Shown here piece after piece: positions 1-11,044 of a DNA stretch of 64,000 bases. The DNA is taken from positions 222,084,001 to 222,148,000 of the forward strand of contig OZ024741.1 of the NCBI GenBank assembly GCA_964016885.1. Direction: 5' to 3'. The DNA comes from Eledone cirrhosa. Taxonomy: Eukaryota. The position numbers and the translations under genes are program-made. How positions within the stretch are numbered: the stretch's first letter is position 1; each line of letters begins with the position of its first letter. The notes beneath the pieces are model-generated. The model made no database searches. It was not told the DNA's origin and worked only from the letters and a program-made list of their open reading frames with translations.

Positions 1-537
1 ATAGGATGTTTAAACTTTTTTGTGTGTTGTTGATTAACCATAGTAGTAGAGTAACGACCAGGCCCAACCTGCAGCATGCTGGGGCACCTGTCAAGCAAGA
101 TTTATTCACCTGTTGCCATTTACCAATTCTATTTGAGACATTTCAAAATATTTTAAAGAGCATTTCAAGGTTTACTGCCAACCATATGACTGGTATTCAT
201 TGTAGAAGTACCTGTGCAGTTGAAAATATTTTGAGTGGACATAGCTTGCACAGAGCTACCCCCACTTCTTGACCACAAGATTTCATTGGTGTGACATATA
301 GAATGACAAGACCAAGAACTTCAGAGGCCTCAGGTTTTTATATCTGAGTTTACCATCTCCAAGACTAGTTGCTATAACCAGGCTCTTGAGTCTAGTCTAC
401 CCTATGAGTCAGAGATTACTGATAGTACCACTGCATTATGGAGATGCTCAGTGATCAGAGACCTGGTATAATATTGGATTGAAAAAAAAGGAGCTGAAAA
501 GATTTAGAATATATATATATATCTCTATATATATATT

Positions 538-1548
538 GATCTCTACGTGGATTTAGTAAAAGTCTTCCCCTGTATTATTGAACTAAAGGCCTGTTGAAAA
601 AGCGACTTCCTTGTTCATCATCTTACCAGAAGCTGGACATTTTTTATGTAGGCGGACGGTACCTGATTTAGGAGCCGCAGAAACCCAAATGCTGGATTTT
701 ACCATCTTTCCAGGGGGTCCGGGTAAATTTTTCAATCATATATATTTTTATTTGTTTGACCCGAATTACTTGATCATATTTTTTGGCTGTGCGAATAATT
801 GTTTAAGCATCGTCTCAGTGTGTTGGTATTAAACGTTAGTTATAGCTCTGGTTCATCCAAACCATTGAACACTTTGCCGCACATTTCGAAGATTGTTTTT
901 CGTTATTTCGTGGGCTGAAGTTCTGATTCTCGATAATTTTATTTGTATTTATCTCCAGACTTTAGCTATTGATCAGTTAATTTTATTGATTTTTTAGTTG
1001 ATCCTATTGACTGATGAATAGCTCATGTTAACTTTAACCCGTCTGTTGAGAACTCTAATTTGATTTGTGATATTTTGTATTCTTACAATAATATACACAA
1101 CTGAATTCATTCGCCTATTATAGGGGTTGCCTCCCTTGCTGATCCCCACGTGGATTTAGTAACAGTCTTCCCCTGTATTATGGAACTAAAGGCCTGTTGA
1201 AAAAGCGACTTCCTTGTTCATCATCTTACCAGAAGCCGGACATTTTTTATGTAGGCGGACGGTACCTGATTTAGGAGCCGCAGAAACCCAAATGCTGGAT
1301 TTTACCACCTTTCCAGGGGGTCCGGGTAAATTTTTCAATCATATATATTTTTATTTGTTTGACCCGAATTACTTGATCGTATTTTTTGGCTGTGCGAATG
1401 ATTGTTTAAGCATCGTCTCAGTGTGTTGGTATTAAACGTTAGTTATAGCTCTGGTTCATCCGAACCATTGAGCACTTTGCCGCACATTTCGAAGATTGTT
1501 TTTCGTTATTTCGTGGGCCGAAGTTCCGATTCTCGATAATTTTATTTA
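538..1548. repeat. Tandem duplication, 603-bp period (about 1.7 copies), unknown element
   Basis: GATC..ACGTGGATTTAG starts at 538 and 1141; near-identical ORF-track peptides at 611 and 1214. Confidence 0.9.
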
Positions 1549-1559
1549 TATAACAAAAT

Positions 1560-1905
1560 ACACCCCGTCCCACCCCCCACCCCATCCACACCACCCTATT
1601 CTATGTAAAGTTATGTTGGTGCCGCACCATCCAGGCCGAAACAAATGAGATCGTGTAGGTGTCACGACAAAAAAACACACAGTCCACGCTGTAATGTGGC
1701 CGTGTAGGCAACACGGTAAAAACCTCCCAGACCCACACTGTAAATGTGGTTGGTGTTAGGAAGGGCATCCAACTGTAGAAAACCTGCCAGACAGTCCTAT
1801 GCGAGCAAGACAATCACTCTTGCCTCAAGTGGGACTACCCCCGTCCAAACCCATGCAAGCGTGGAACACGGACGTTAAACGTTGATGATGATGATGATGA
1901 TGATA
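1560..1905 (+). mobile_element. RTE LINE 3' UTR fragment with (GAT)n tail
   Basis: Matches the 3' UTR of the RTE copy at about 30360-30717 (GTTGGTGTTAGGAAGGGCATCC ... GGACGTTAAAC(GAT)n). Confidence 0.85.
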
Positions 1906-2059
1906 TATATATAAAAAGCAGGCATGGAAAGAATGGCAGGATGGGGGTAGTAGAGAACTCTATCGAGTAGCTAGGAGAGAAGCTAGACAACAAGTATACC
2001 TTGCAAAGAGGGGAGCAGAGGATAGTAAGTTCAAGCATATTCTACAATAGGAGGACCAA

Positions 2060-4205
2060 AGACATGAGATATTTAGGATTGTGAGGCAATGAGTCAAGAA
2101 TTCTGATATTGTCGGGGAGACGTGTGTTCATAATGACAATGGTGCACTTGCCCTCACTGACAGTGATAAGAAGGTAGCTTGGAAGTGTCACTACGAGAGA
2201 CTACTGAATGTGGAGAATGAATGGAATAAAGATAATCTTCCCCACATCGATCCAATAGAAGGACCAGCTGTGCAAGTTAATGGTAGTGTAGTAAGGCAAT
2301 AAAAAATATGAAGACAGGCAAGGCAGCTGGGCCTTCGGGAATAGTTGCTGAAATGTTGAAGGTATCTGGAATGGTGGGACATACTATGGTCACCCGGATA
2401 GTAAACCAAGTAATACAGAATGGGGTCATACCAAATGACTAGCGTAGCAGCATCATCATTAACTGTTACAAGAGCAAAGGAGATGCCCTGGATAGAGGAA
2501 ACTATAGGGGCATTAAATTAGTTGACCAAGTCATGAAAGTCACAGAAAGAGTTATTACTCAACTGATTAGAGAACAAGTTGATCTAGATGAAATGCAGTT
2601 TAGGTTTGTGCCAGGTAAAAGTACCACGGATGCTCTTTTCCTTGTACGGCAATTACAGGAGAAGTACCTAGCTAAGAGTAAACCCCTCTACTTAGCTTTT
2701 GTTGACCTGGAGAAGGCCTTTGACAGAGTCCCACGCACCTTAATCAGGTGGGCTCTTAGAAAATTAGGAGTAGAAGAATGGCTTGTGAGAGCTATACAAG
2801 CCATGTATAGAGGAATAGTCAGCAAGGTTAGAATTAACAGTGAATGTAGTGATGAATTTAGCCTAATAGTAGGGGTTCATCAAGGCTCCATCCTTAGCCC
2901 CCTTCTGTTTATTATTGTCCTACAGGCTATAACAGAAGGGTTTAAGACTGGCTGCTCATAGGAACTTCTATATGCAGATGATCTAACTCTCATAGCTGAA
3001 TCCATGGCTGAACTAGAGTGGAAGTTCCAAACATAGAAGCATGGCCTTGAATCAAAAGGCCTTAGAGTCAACTTGTCTAAGACTAAGGTTCTAATATGTA
3101 GAAAGGAGAATAGGGCACAGGTATCCTCTGGGAAATGGCCATGCTCAGTGTGAAAGAAAGGAGTAGGTAGAAATTCCATTCTATGTCCCAAATGCAAACT
3201 ATGGGTACATAAAAAATGTAGTGGGATCACAGATAAGCTATCTAAGAACAAAGAATTTATATGTGGCTGATGCTCAGGTGCAGTAAGTAGCAAGGACCCA
3301 CTGGATGCTATCTCCTTCAACTGCCCAGATGGTTCTATAGAAATAGTAGACACCTTCTGTTACCTGGGTGACAAAATCAGCAGTGGAGGAGAGTGCTCTG
3401 AAAGTGTAGTAGTCAGAGTTAGAGTGAGGTGGAAAAAGTTCAGAGAGCTAATACTGTTGTTGGCCACAAGGGGTTTTTCTCTAAAAATGAAAGGCAGATT
3501 GTATGATGCATGTATACGAACGGCGATGTTACATGGTAGTGAGATTTGGGCATTGGGTGGTGAAGACCTGCGTAGATTAGAAAGAAATGAAGCTTGCATG
3601 CTCTGATGGATGTGTAATAGTAACGTGCGCGAAAGACGAAGCATAAACGAATTAAGAGGGAGACTAAGCATAAGAGGTGTCAAATGTTGTGTTGTGGAGA
3701 GAAGATTGCAATGGTTTGGACATGTGATGCGTATGAAGGACGATAGGTGTATAAAAAAGTGCAGGGCAATGAAAATTGATGGAAGCTACGGAGTGGGTAG
3801 ACCAAGAAAAACCTGAGATGAGATGATAAGAACTGACCTTGCTCACTTACACCTCTCTAAGACAATGACACTGGATCGAGACCTTTGGCGCCATTACGTT
3901 GCACAAAAGACCCGACTGCCATTGCATACAAACCTACAGTCAGTAGGCACCTCTTAACCCAATGTACACCCAACCCCACACACCCTACCCAACCCCCCCT
4001 TTCCCGTTCCGTCCACTGTGTCGATGGCATAACAGTCCACTGTAAATGTGGTTGGTGTTAGGAAGGGCATCCAGTCGTAAAAATCCTCTCAGAGACACTT
4101 CCCTGCGAGCGAGGCACGGTCTCCCGACCATTCTCGCACCAAATGGAACAAAACCGTCTAACCCATGCTAGCATGGAAGATGGACGTTAAACGATGATGA
4201 TCATG
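2060..4205 (+). mobile_element. 5'-truncated, decayed RTE-clade LINE (RT plus Cys-rich region)
   Basis: FVDLEKAFDRV, GVHQGSILSPLLF, LYADD, GRPRKT motifs; several stops; (GAT)n tail. Confidence 0.92.
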
Positions 4206-4515
4206 ATGATATATACCCCACATACATACATATAGGTGTGGGTACAAATGAAAGAAAAGAGCAATCAACACATAATGGGGTAATGCAGAAATAAGTCAAA
4301 GACACATATATACTTATCCATACAAATGTGTGTACACATACACATACATATATATATACATATATAAGCACACGTACACACACACACGTATATAAGCACA
4401 CGTACATAGGTACACATGTATTTGATAACGTTTTGTGTATGTATGAACATTTATCAATAAACGAAAACAACACACAAAGACAGTATAATGTATGAGATAC
4501 GAGCAATGTACTAAC

Positions 4516-4612
4516 GTTTCAGTAACTGGTGTGTTTCGGGACTATAATTATTAGGTTTCGAATTCCAGAAGCCACCTTTGGCCACACGGCCCTGACGCAC
4601 GTCTGCCGACAT
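4516..4612 (-). CDS. C22orf23: First coding exon of UPF0193 protein EVG1-like gene; rest of gene lies left of the window
   Basis: CAAAATG start; MSADVRQGRVAKGGFWNSKPNNYSPETHQLLK then phase-1 donor GTTAGT; resembles the EVG1 N-terminus (V.KG..F....Y.P.T..LL) as recalled, not searched. Confidence 0.7.
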
Positions 4613-4647
4613 TTTGCTTTCTCTTTTATTATATTTGTTAACAATAC

Positions 4648-4670
4648 GTTGCCTAGCGACCTACTGACGT
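4648..4670. promoter_or_regulatory. RFX X-box (GTTGCCTAGCGAC, 4648-4660) plus CRE-like TGACGT (4665-4670)
   Basis: One mismatch to GTTGCCTAGCAAC, about 36 bp upstream of the minus-strand ATG, in a CpG-containing non-repeat patch. Confidence 0.65.
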
Positions 4671-4989
4671 GACATCACTCGTTGACAGGTTTTGCAAGTT
4701 TTCTTCTTTTTTTTTTTTTTTAGCTGTTCTCTCTATATTTAAATAAACACCGTTGATATAATTATTTTTACTTATATAATTGCTAAAACGCCGTTTAAAT
4801 AGTGGTAATGATTTACATTATATATAAACACAATTGATATAATTAATTGTTTCTACTTTTGGCACAAGGCCAGCAATTATCTAGTGCATTACTGGTACTT
4901 TATTTTATCGACCCCGGAAGGATGAAAGGCAAATTGATATAATTAATGATTTACATATGATCTATTTATTCTTTATCTACCAAACAATT

Positions 4990-5155
4990 ATTTTTTCAAG
5001 TCAGTGGCATTTGAGACGTTTGGTGGAGTCGGGCCGCTGACAGCAAAGTTCTTCTACGCCTTACTAACGAGTCAGGTAATACCCGCGAGGGTGCCTGGCT
5101 ACTTCAGCGCCTTAGTCTCGTCATCACCCGAGCGTGTTGGCTTGCCTCAAAAAAT
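4990..5155 (+). mobile_element. CRE-clade non-LTR retrotransposon C-terminal (RLE) fragment
   Basis: VAFETFGGVGPLTAKF, the same peptide as at 21616-21798. Confidence 0.7.
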
Positions 5156-5323
5156 TCCATTGACTGTTGTGGTGTACGACCGATTGTCACACTTCATGGT
5201 GAATTGATGGTAGTTTTTGTTTTTGTTTTCTTTTTTCTTTCTCTCGCTTTGGTTGTATATTTTGATGCGTTATATTTGTGAGGTTCCTAGCAATAGTTAA
5301 TTGTATTTATTATGTGTTTATAA

Positions 5324-5511
5324 AGGCGGTGGATTGGCAGTATCGGTAGAGGGTCGGACGCCATGCTTTCCAGCATAGTTACGTCCCTTTACGATCTGAG
5401 TTCAAATCCCGCCGAGGTTGTCTTTGCCTTTCATCCTTACGGGGTCGATAAAATAAAGTACCAGTAATACACTGAGTAATTGCTGGCCTTGTGCCTAAAG
5501 TAGAAACAATT
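5324..5511 (+). mobile_element. Full-length tRNA-derived octopod-type SINE
   Basis: A-box-like GGATTGGCAGTATCGG, B-box GAGTTCAAATCCC, core GCCTTTCATCCTTACGGGGTCGATAAAATAAAGTACCAGT; at least 10 copies in the window (partials near 4845-4935, 5916-6055, 6900-7005). Confidence 0.9.
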
Positions 5512-5524
5512 GTGTTTATAGGGC

Positions 5525-5915
5525 TGTAGCAAGAGTTGCCTCCCTTGTTGTGACGATCACATCACCAATAGATTAACGCTCTCTAGACAGGAAGTAGCTG
5601 GAATTACTTCCCGTTGGGGTGGCAGAACCCTTTTTATCACTTCCGTCTTGAGACCCTATAAAAGGGATACTCAGAGCGATCTCTCTCTCATTTGCCCTTT
5701 CGGCCAGGCGCGTTCCCCGAGTCTCTACTCTCTGGCAACCCTAACATGGTCTCTTGCGAGCTAACTTCAAAACGGTAAAAAATAACTTTACTTCATATTT
5801 CATCTACTCTTGACATGTCAACAATTCTATACTACATAACTTCAACTTGTTAATTAAACTTTATATACACAACCTAGTGTCTTGTTATATTCATACACAC
5901 CACTATTTTGTTATA
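5525..5915 (+). mobile_element. Solo LTR inserted in a SINE
   Basis: Starts TGTAGC, TATA-like CCTATAAAA near 5655, ATTAAA near 5853, ends GTTATA, 4-bp TSD GGGC (5521-5524 and 5916-5919). Confidence 0.7.
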
Positions 5916-7399
5916 GGGCGTACGGCCCTTGCCATTCTGAGTTCAAATCCTGCCGAGGTTAACATTGCCTTTCATCCTTACGGGGTCGATAAAATAAAGT
6001 ACCAAAAATCTACTGCGTAATTGCTGGCCTTGTGCCAATAGTAGAAACAATTATGTGTTTATAGGGAAAAAAATATATAATGAAAATTATTTACAAAAGA
6101 GACAAATCAATAAAAATTAATCAAAAAAAGAAAAGGAAAAAACATTCTGTTGGGACCCCATTTTCTCATAATAGTGAGAGATGGGGAGGGCGAGAGAGAC
6201 CGAGGCGATGACAGTGGAAGTTCGACTTTTCTCTGTTCGGACCTAATGTTCATGTGTGTATATGTTTACTTCCATTCATTCGATATTATATGCTTGGTTA
6301 ATTGTACCATTTAATTCCTTCTCTCTTATTAAGTTGCACGCGGTGTTTTTACAGATTCAAAGAAAAAATAATTAACCAATTCATGCTATCCATATAAAAC
6401 CCAGAGTTTCTCAACATACACACTACAATAGGGAATGCTGGTTTTTGCTTTTGAAAATGTTTGAGATAATCCAATACACAGCAATGCCTCTGATGATAGC
6501 GAGGCAAAGACGTTGAAATAGCCAAGCCCCATCACCTGCAGAACGACTAGATACTTCAGTGAGGCCAGGCTAAAGTACTTGAATGGACAAGCACCCCTGA
6601 AACATAGTTTTATTTGTTGTGGAAGAAATGCCGAACCCAACAAATACCAACAATACTTCACTTCAGCAAAAAGGAAAAAAAATATGGTTACTTCGAATCG
6701 TAAATATGTTTGATTATAGTTTTCACAAATGAATGTAGATTCTCTTTATTTACCATGGGATGCACCCTTAAAAAGTGACAAGTTGTAGTCAGACAGTATG
6801 TACCAGCAGAAATAGTAGTCAACTATAATATAGTGAAGTTGTGTTGTACAAGCGAAGTGGCAGTGAACTGAGTGAGTTAAGACCACAGGACAGCCGATTT
6901 ATAATTGTTTCTACTTTTGGCAGAAGGCCAGCAATCACCCAGTACATTACTGGTACTTTATTTTATCGACACCGTAAGGACGAAAGGCAAAGTTAACTTC
7001 GGCCTTTAATAACCGTTAATTATTTTACTAATAGATAACAGATGGCCCTAGAATATGCTCTGCTTCCTAGGACTGGTGCTGTAAATCCTACCATCAGGAG
7101 AATTTATCTATTGTCTTCACTGCGAGGTTGCAGGTCACTTACTTGGTGGCCATGTCCGTAAAGGAAAAGAAAACACCGTGGGAAAACATTTCTTTCGCTA
7201 CACCCCCACCAGAAGCATCACTTGATACTTCAGCAAGATTGTATGATAGCGAGGCTACGGCGCTAGAATAGCCAAACTCCCTCATCACGAGCATCATTTA
7301 ATGTTTCAGTAAGTGGTACAACACCAGCTAGATATAGCTACCTACCTATCTATCTTTTCTGTCTCTCTCTGGGATGGACACACGCGTGAAACTTGCTGA

Positions 7400-8505
7400 G
7401 TAAGTTCTGTTTAAATTTCTATAGAAATTCTTGACTGTAAACCTTCATTTTTGTACCGTTTTGTAGAGGTACTGCCAGGTCAAATTTTGATCTGGTCAGT
7501 CTCTCAAAATATTCTACGCCTTTAGGCGAAATAGTTAACAAAAATTTTTTTTTTTTTTTTAAAGCTAACATTTTTTTTAAATGGCTGAAGCTTCTTCACC
7601 AACATTCGAAGGAGGAAAGGGGAAGATATGCTTACAGCTTCCCCCTGCCACTGTCATAGTAGCAGATGTCAAAGACAAAGGTCAGCCAGAGGAAGGATTT
7701 TTTCCACCTGCTGACCAACAACTTGACGTTGCCATCGCAACAAACCAATGGTGTGAAACAATGAACAAAACCAACACAACCAGCGGCACCAACGAAAACA
7801 AGACCAATAACTGTGATAACAACAGCAACACAAACAAGGAAAAGGTCTCCTTCGCCCAGACGGCAAGGAAAACCCTCGACTATCTGCCAGTAGATATAAG
7901 CAAAGCGAAGGAGCTACTAGCAGATGCCAAAAAATACATAATGTACGGGGAAAATGGATCATTTTCGATCTACCCCCACCCCCCACCCGGAACTAAAAAG
8001 CCAGAGACTCCTAAACACTGTCATGTTTAGGACAGTCTCAAACAAAAGCAAAAAACCAGCTCAACCATCACAGAGTGAGATAGAGCTGGTTTTAAAAGAT
8101 GTCATGAAAGACATCATATTCATTCAGAAGGATAGACTCTACATCCACCGCATACACCTTCTACCCTACGTACATGGGTAGAAGGACACAAAAAATAAAA
8201 AATTCACACCATCCTTCCGATTATGGACATATGGTGGGTATTGACAGGTTTCCTGGACCTAGACGATGACACACTAATATCCATGGGAAAGGCACCGGGT
8301 GACACGTTCAGTGGAACGGGCCTAGAACTCAAGCGCCTCCTCCCTTTTGAGGATTTTGTTATTAAATTTATTTTTGTTATATTTTATATATTATTTTTAT
8401 ATCTGGTTATTGCCTCCTCCTTATCGAGGACGCCTTTTTATGTAAACTCCCCCAATTGTACTTGTCCCACTCTTTGATGCCCTGGTGGCAAATAAAAAGA
8501 AAGTT
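7400..8505 (+). mobile_element. Internally deleted L1/Tx1-like element (ORF1 remnant plus 3' tail)
   Basis: ORF 7581-8030 and following frames parallel the ORF1 remnant at 8900-9470 (AKKYI/AAQYI, IHLLPYVHG/IHLPYIHG); ends in an AATAAAAAG tail. Confidence 0.6.
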
Positions 8506-8579
8506 ATCTATCTTTTGTCAATAAAAACAATATCCATCCGTCCGTCCATCCACCCACTCATCTATCCATCCATCTTCAG

Positions 8580-10955
8580 GTGGTTGGTTTCTCTAAGTTT
8601 CAAGCCCTTAGGAGTGAAAATTTGCTCTGAAATTTCGGAAAATTAAAAATTTTATTTGTGAAATTTAACCATGTCTGAAGAAAGGCCAAAACACAGAACG
8701 CCTTTGAAAAAGGGAGTGTAAAGGCGTTATGTCTTCTGCTACTATATCGTCTGTCGCCATGACAATAATGTCAACAGACTGTAGTATGAGAAGTTTTCGT
8801 AATGAAAAAATTACGAAAATCAACGAAAACAACAACTTAAACTGAAAAAGAGAAATACAATAAACAAGAACAACATGAACACAAGCCAAGTGAAAAACAA
8901 CAATGAAAATGACAAACAATAACAACAACAACGAAATACATACGAAAAAGACATTTGAAGCGACTGTTGCCAAGGTGACGGATTTCATTGAAATCGACAT
9001 CTCGAATAAAGTTCAGTACCTAAAGGATGCTGCACAATATATAACAGTCGAGGGAAATGGATTTTGTATCAACACCCTACTGGAAATTAGGACTACAACC
9101 CTAAAGAAAACTCTTTTTTTATAGAATTATATCTACAGAATCGAGAAAACTTGTTTCTTTGCCTCAGCATACAGTAAAAGGTATATTGAGGGAGGCAATG
9201 TCAGACATTGCCTACCTTCAGAGGGCCAAGCAGTATGGAAGCATCTCGGTGATCCTCAAAAGCGAGGCCCTTGTTCAAAAATATTCGGTGGCTCCTATTA
9301 AAACGAGCCAAATACATCTTCCCTATATACATGGGAAGAAGAACACACAGGATAAAAGTATCCCAGATCCCACCGAACACCAACATATGGAGGATCCTGG
9401 GTGGCTCTTTGGAGGAAGGTGAAGACACCCTCCTCTCTGTAAAGAAATCAACCTGGTCCAAATGAATCCAGAAAGAGTTTCGAAGATACCCTTTCGAGTA
9501 TTGCAGCCATGTTATCAACATCACAGTGTTTTAGGTGTGGCAAAAACACCCATATAAAAGTCTTCTGCCTAATGTTAAACACACCGAAACCAAATAAAGT
9601 GTTGCTAACAATACCCAAACCCCAACATCATCACCCGAAAACAAAGAACACAACCCCCAAAACAGAACAAAAAACATCAACATCTACTCCACCATCACAA
9701 ACCAAAAAAAGACACCATACCAAAACCCCCCTTAAAGGACTCTCTCTTACCCCTTCCTCCTCTGTCTAACACTCCCACAAGCACACACACAAACACTCCA
9801 CCACCACACAACGTACCCCTCCCACATACCCCTGATGATAACACCTCAACCTCCTCATCTCCAAGCGAAGATGAAGAGGAGCCTCAATAATAATTGTTTC
9901 TACTTTTGGCACAAGGCCAGCAATTATCCCAGTGTATTACTGTTACTTTATTTTATCGACCCCGTAAGGATGAAAGGCAAAGTTAACCTTGGCGGGATTT
10001 GAACTCAGACCATAAAGGGCCATAACTCTTTGCTGCAAAGCATGGCGTCCGACCCTCTACCGATACTACCAATCCACCGCCTATAATAATTATTTCTACT
10101 TTTGGCACAAGGCCAGCAATTATCCCAGTGCATTACTGGTACTTTATTTCATCGACCCCGTAAGGATGAAAGGCAAATAATAAAATAGACACCGCAAAAC
10201 CAAAGAAACACCAATCACCAACACAAACACAGCCACCACCACAAATGACAACTAACCAACAACACTGACACCACCACTACAACCAAAAACCCTACCAGCA
10301 AAACAAACACCAACACCACCACAAGCACAAATACCCACCTTCAAAAGAAAACTAGAGAACAAACAACAAAGAGAAACATCACAGCAAAAAATCAAACCAA
10401 CATTTAAACTACCAACAAAGACCTAATGGAGGCCATCACGAAAGACCCCCACCATCCAGACAGAAGGAAAAAGCTTTACCAGCACAAAGACAGCACCACA
10501 CCTAAAATTGATATGAGTTCCAACACAAACTTACAAAGTTCCAACGCTGAAATACAAGACGCTCTAGGCCACTGTGGGAAGCGCAAATCACCCGGTTTAC
10601 ATGGTCTACCCTGTGAGTTTTACATAGGCATGCCAGACTTCCTCCAAGCGGTCTACTGCAACTGGCAGTAGAACGGGAGAATTCCCAGTTCTGTAAGCCG
10701 AAGCGTAGTAACGCTGATCAGGAAAGATGAGAACAAAGGCGACAACATAAACAATTTCAGGACCATAACTTTGCACAGCACAGAGTTAAAGATTTTGGCC
10801 AAGGTGTTTACAACGAGGCTGGCGGGGGAAGCACAAACGTTTACAATCCCGACTAGGTCCATACGCGACAACCTCCACCATGTGATACAACATAGAGAGG
10901 GTAGGGTGTAAACCTGTCTTCAGTGGGGCTCTGCTTAATTTAGATCAATCTAAGG
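8580..10955 (+). mobile_element. L1/Tx1-clade LINE, left part (ORF1 with CCHC knuckle, RT start)
   Basis: CFRCGKNTHIKVFC knuckle; KSPGLHGLPCEFY, FRTITLHSTELKILAKV, LNLDQSK interrupted by the hAT element; two antisense SINEs at about 9890-10180. Confidence 0.85.
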
Positions 10956-11044
10956 CAAAGGTTCTCAACGGGGAGCATATTCCCCCTCGGGGGCCGCTTC
11001 GGAGCTCCAGGGGCGTTTGGAGCTTTGGAGTGCTCTGGAAGCCT

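Noticed and set aside
5324-5420. tRNA gene
   Set aside because: The A/B boxes belong to the SINE head; no cloverleaf, and many dispersed copies share the SINE body.
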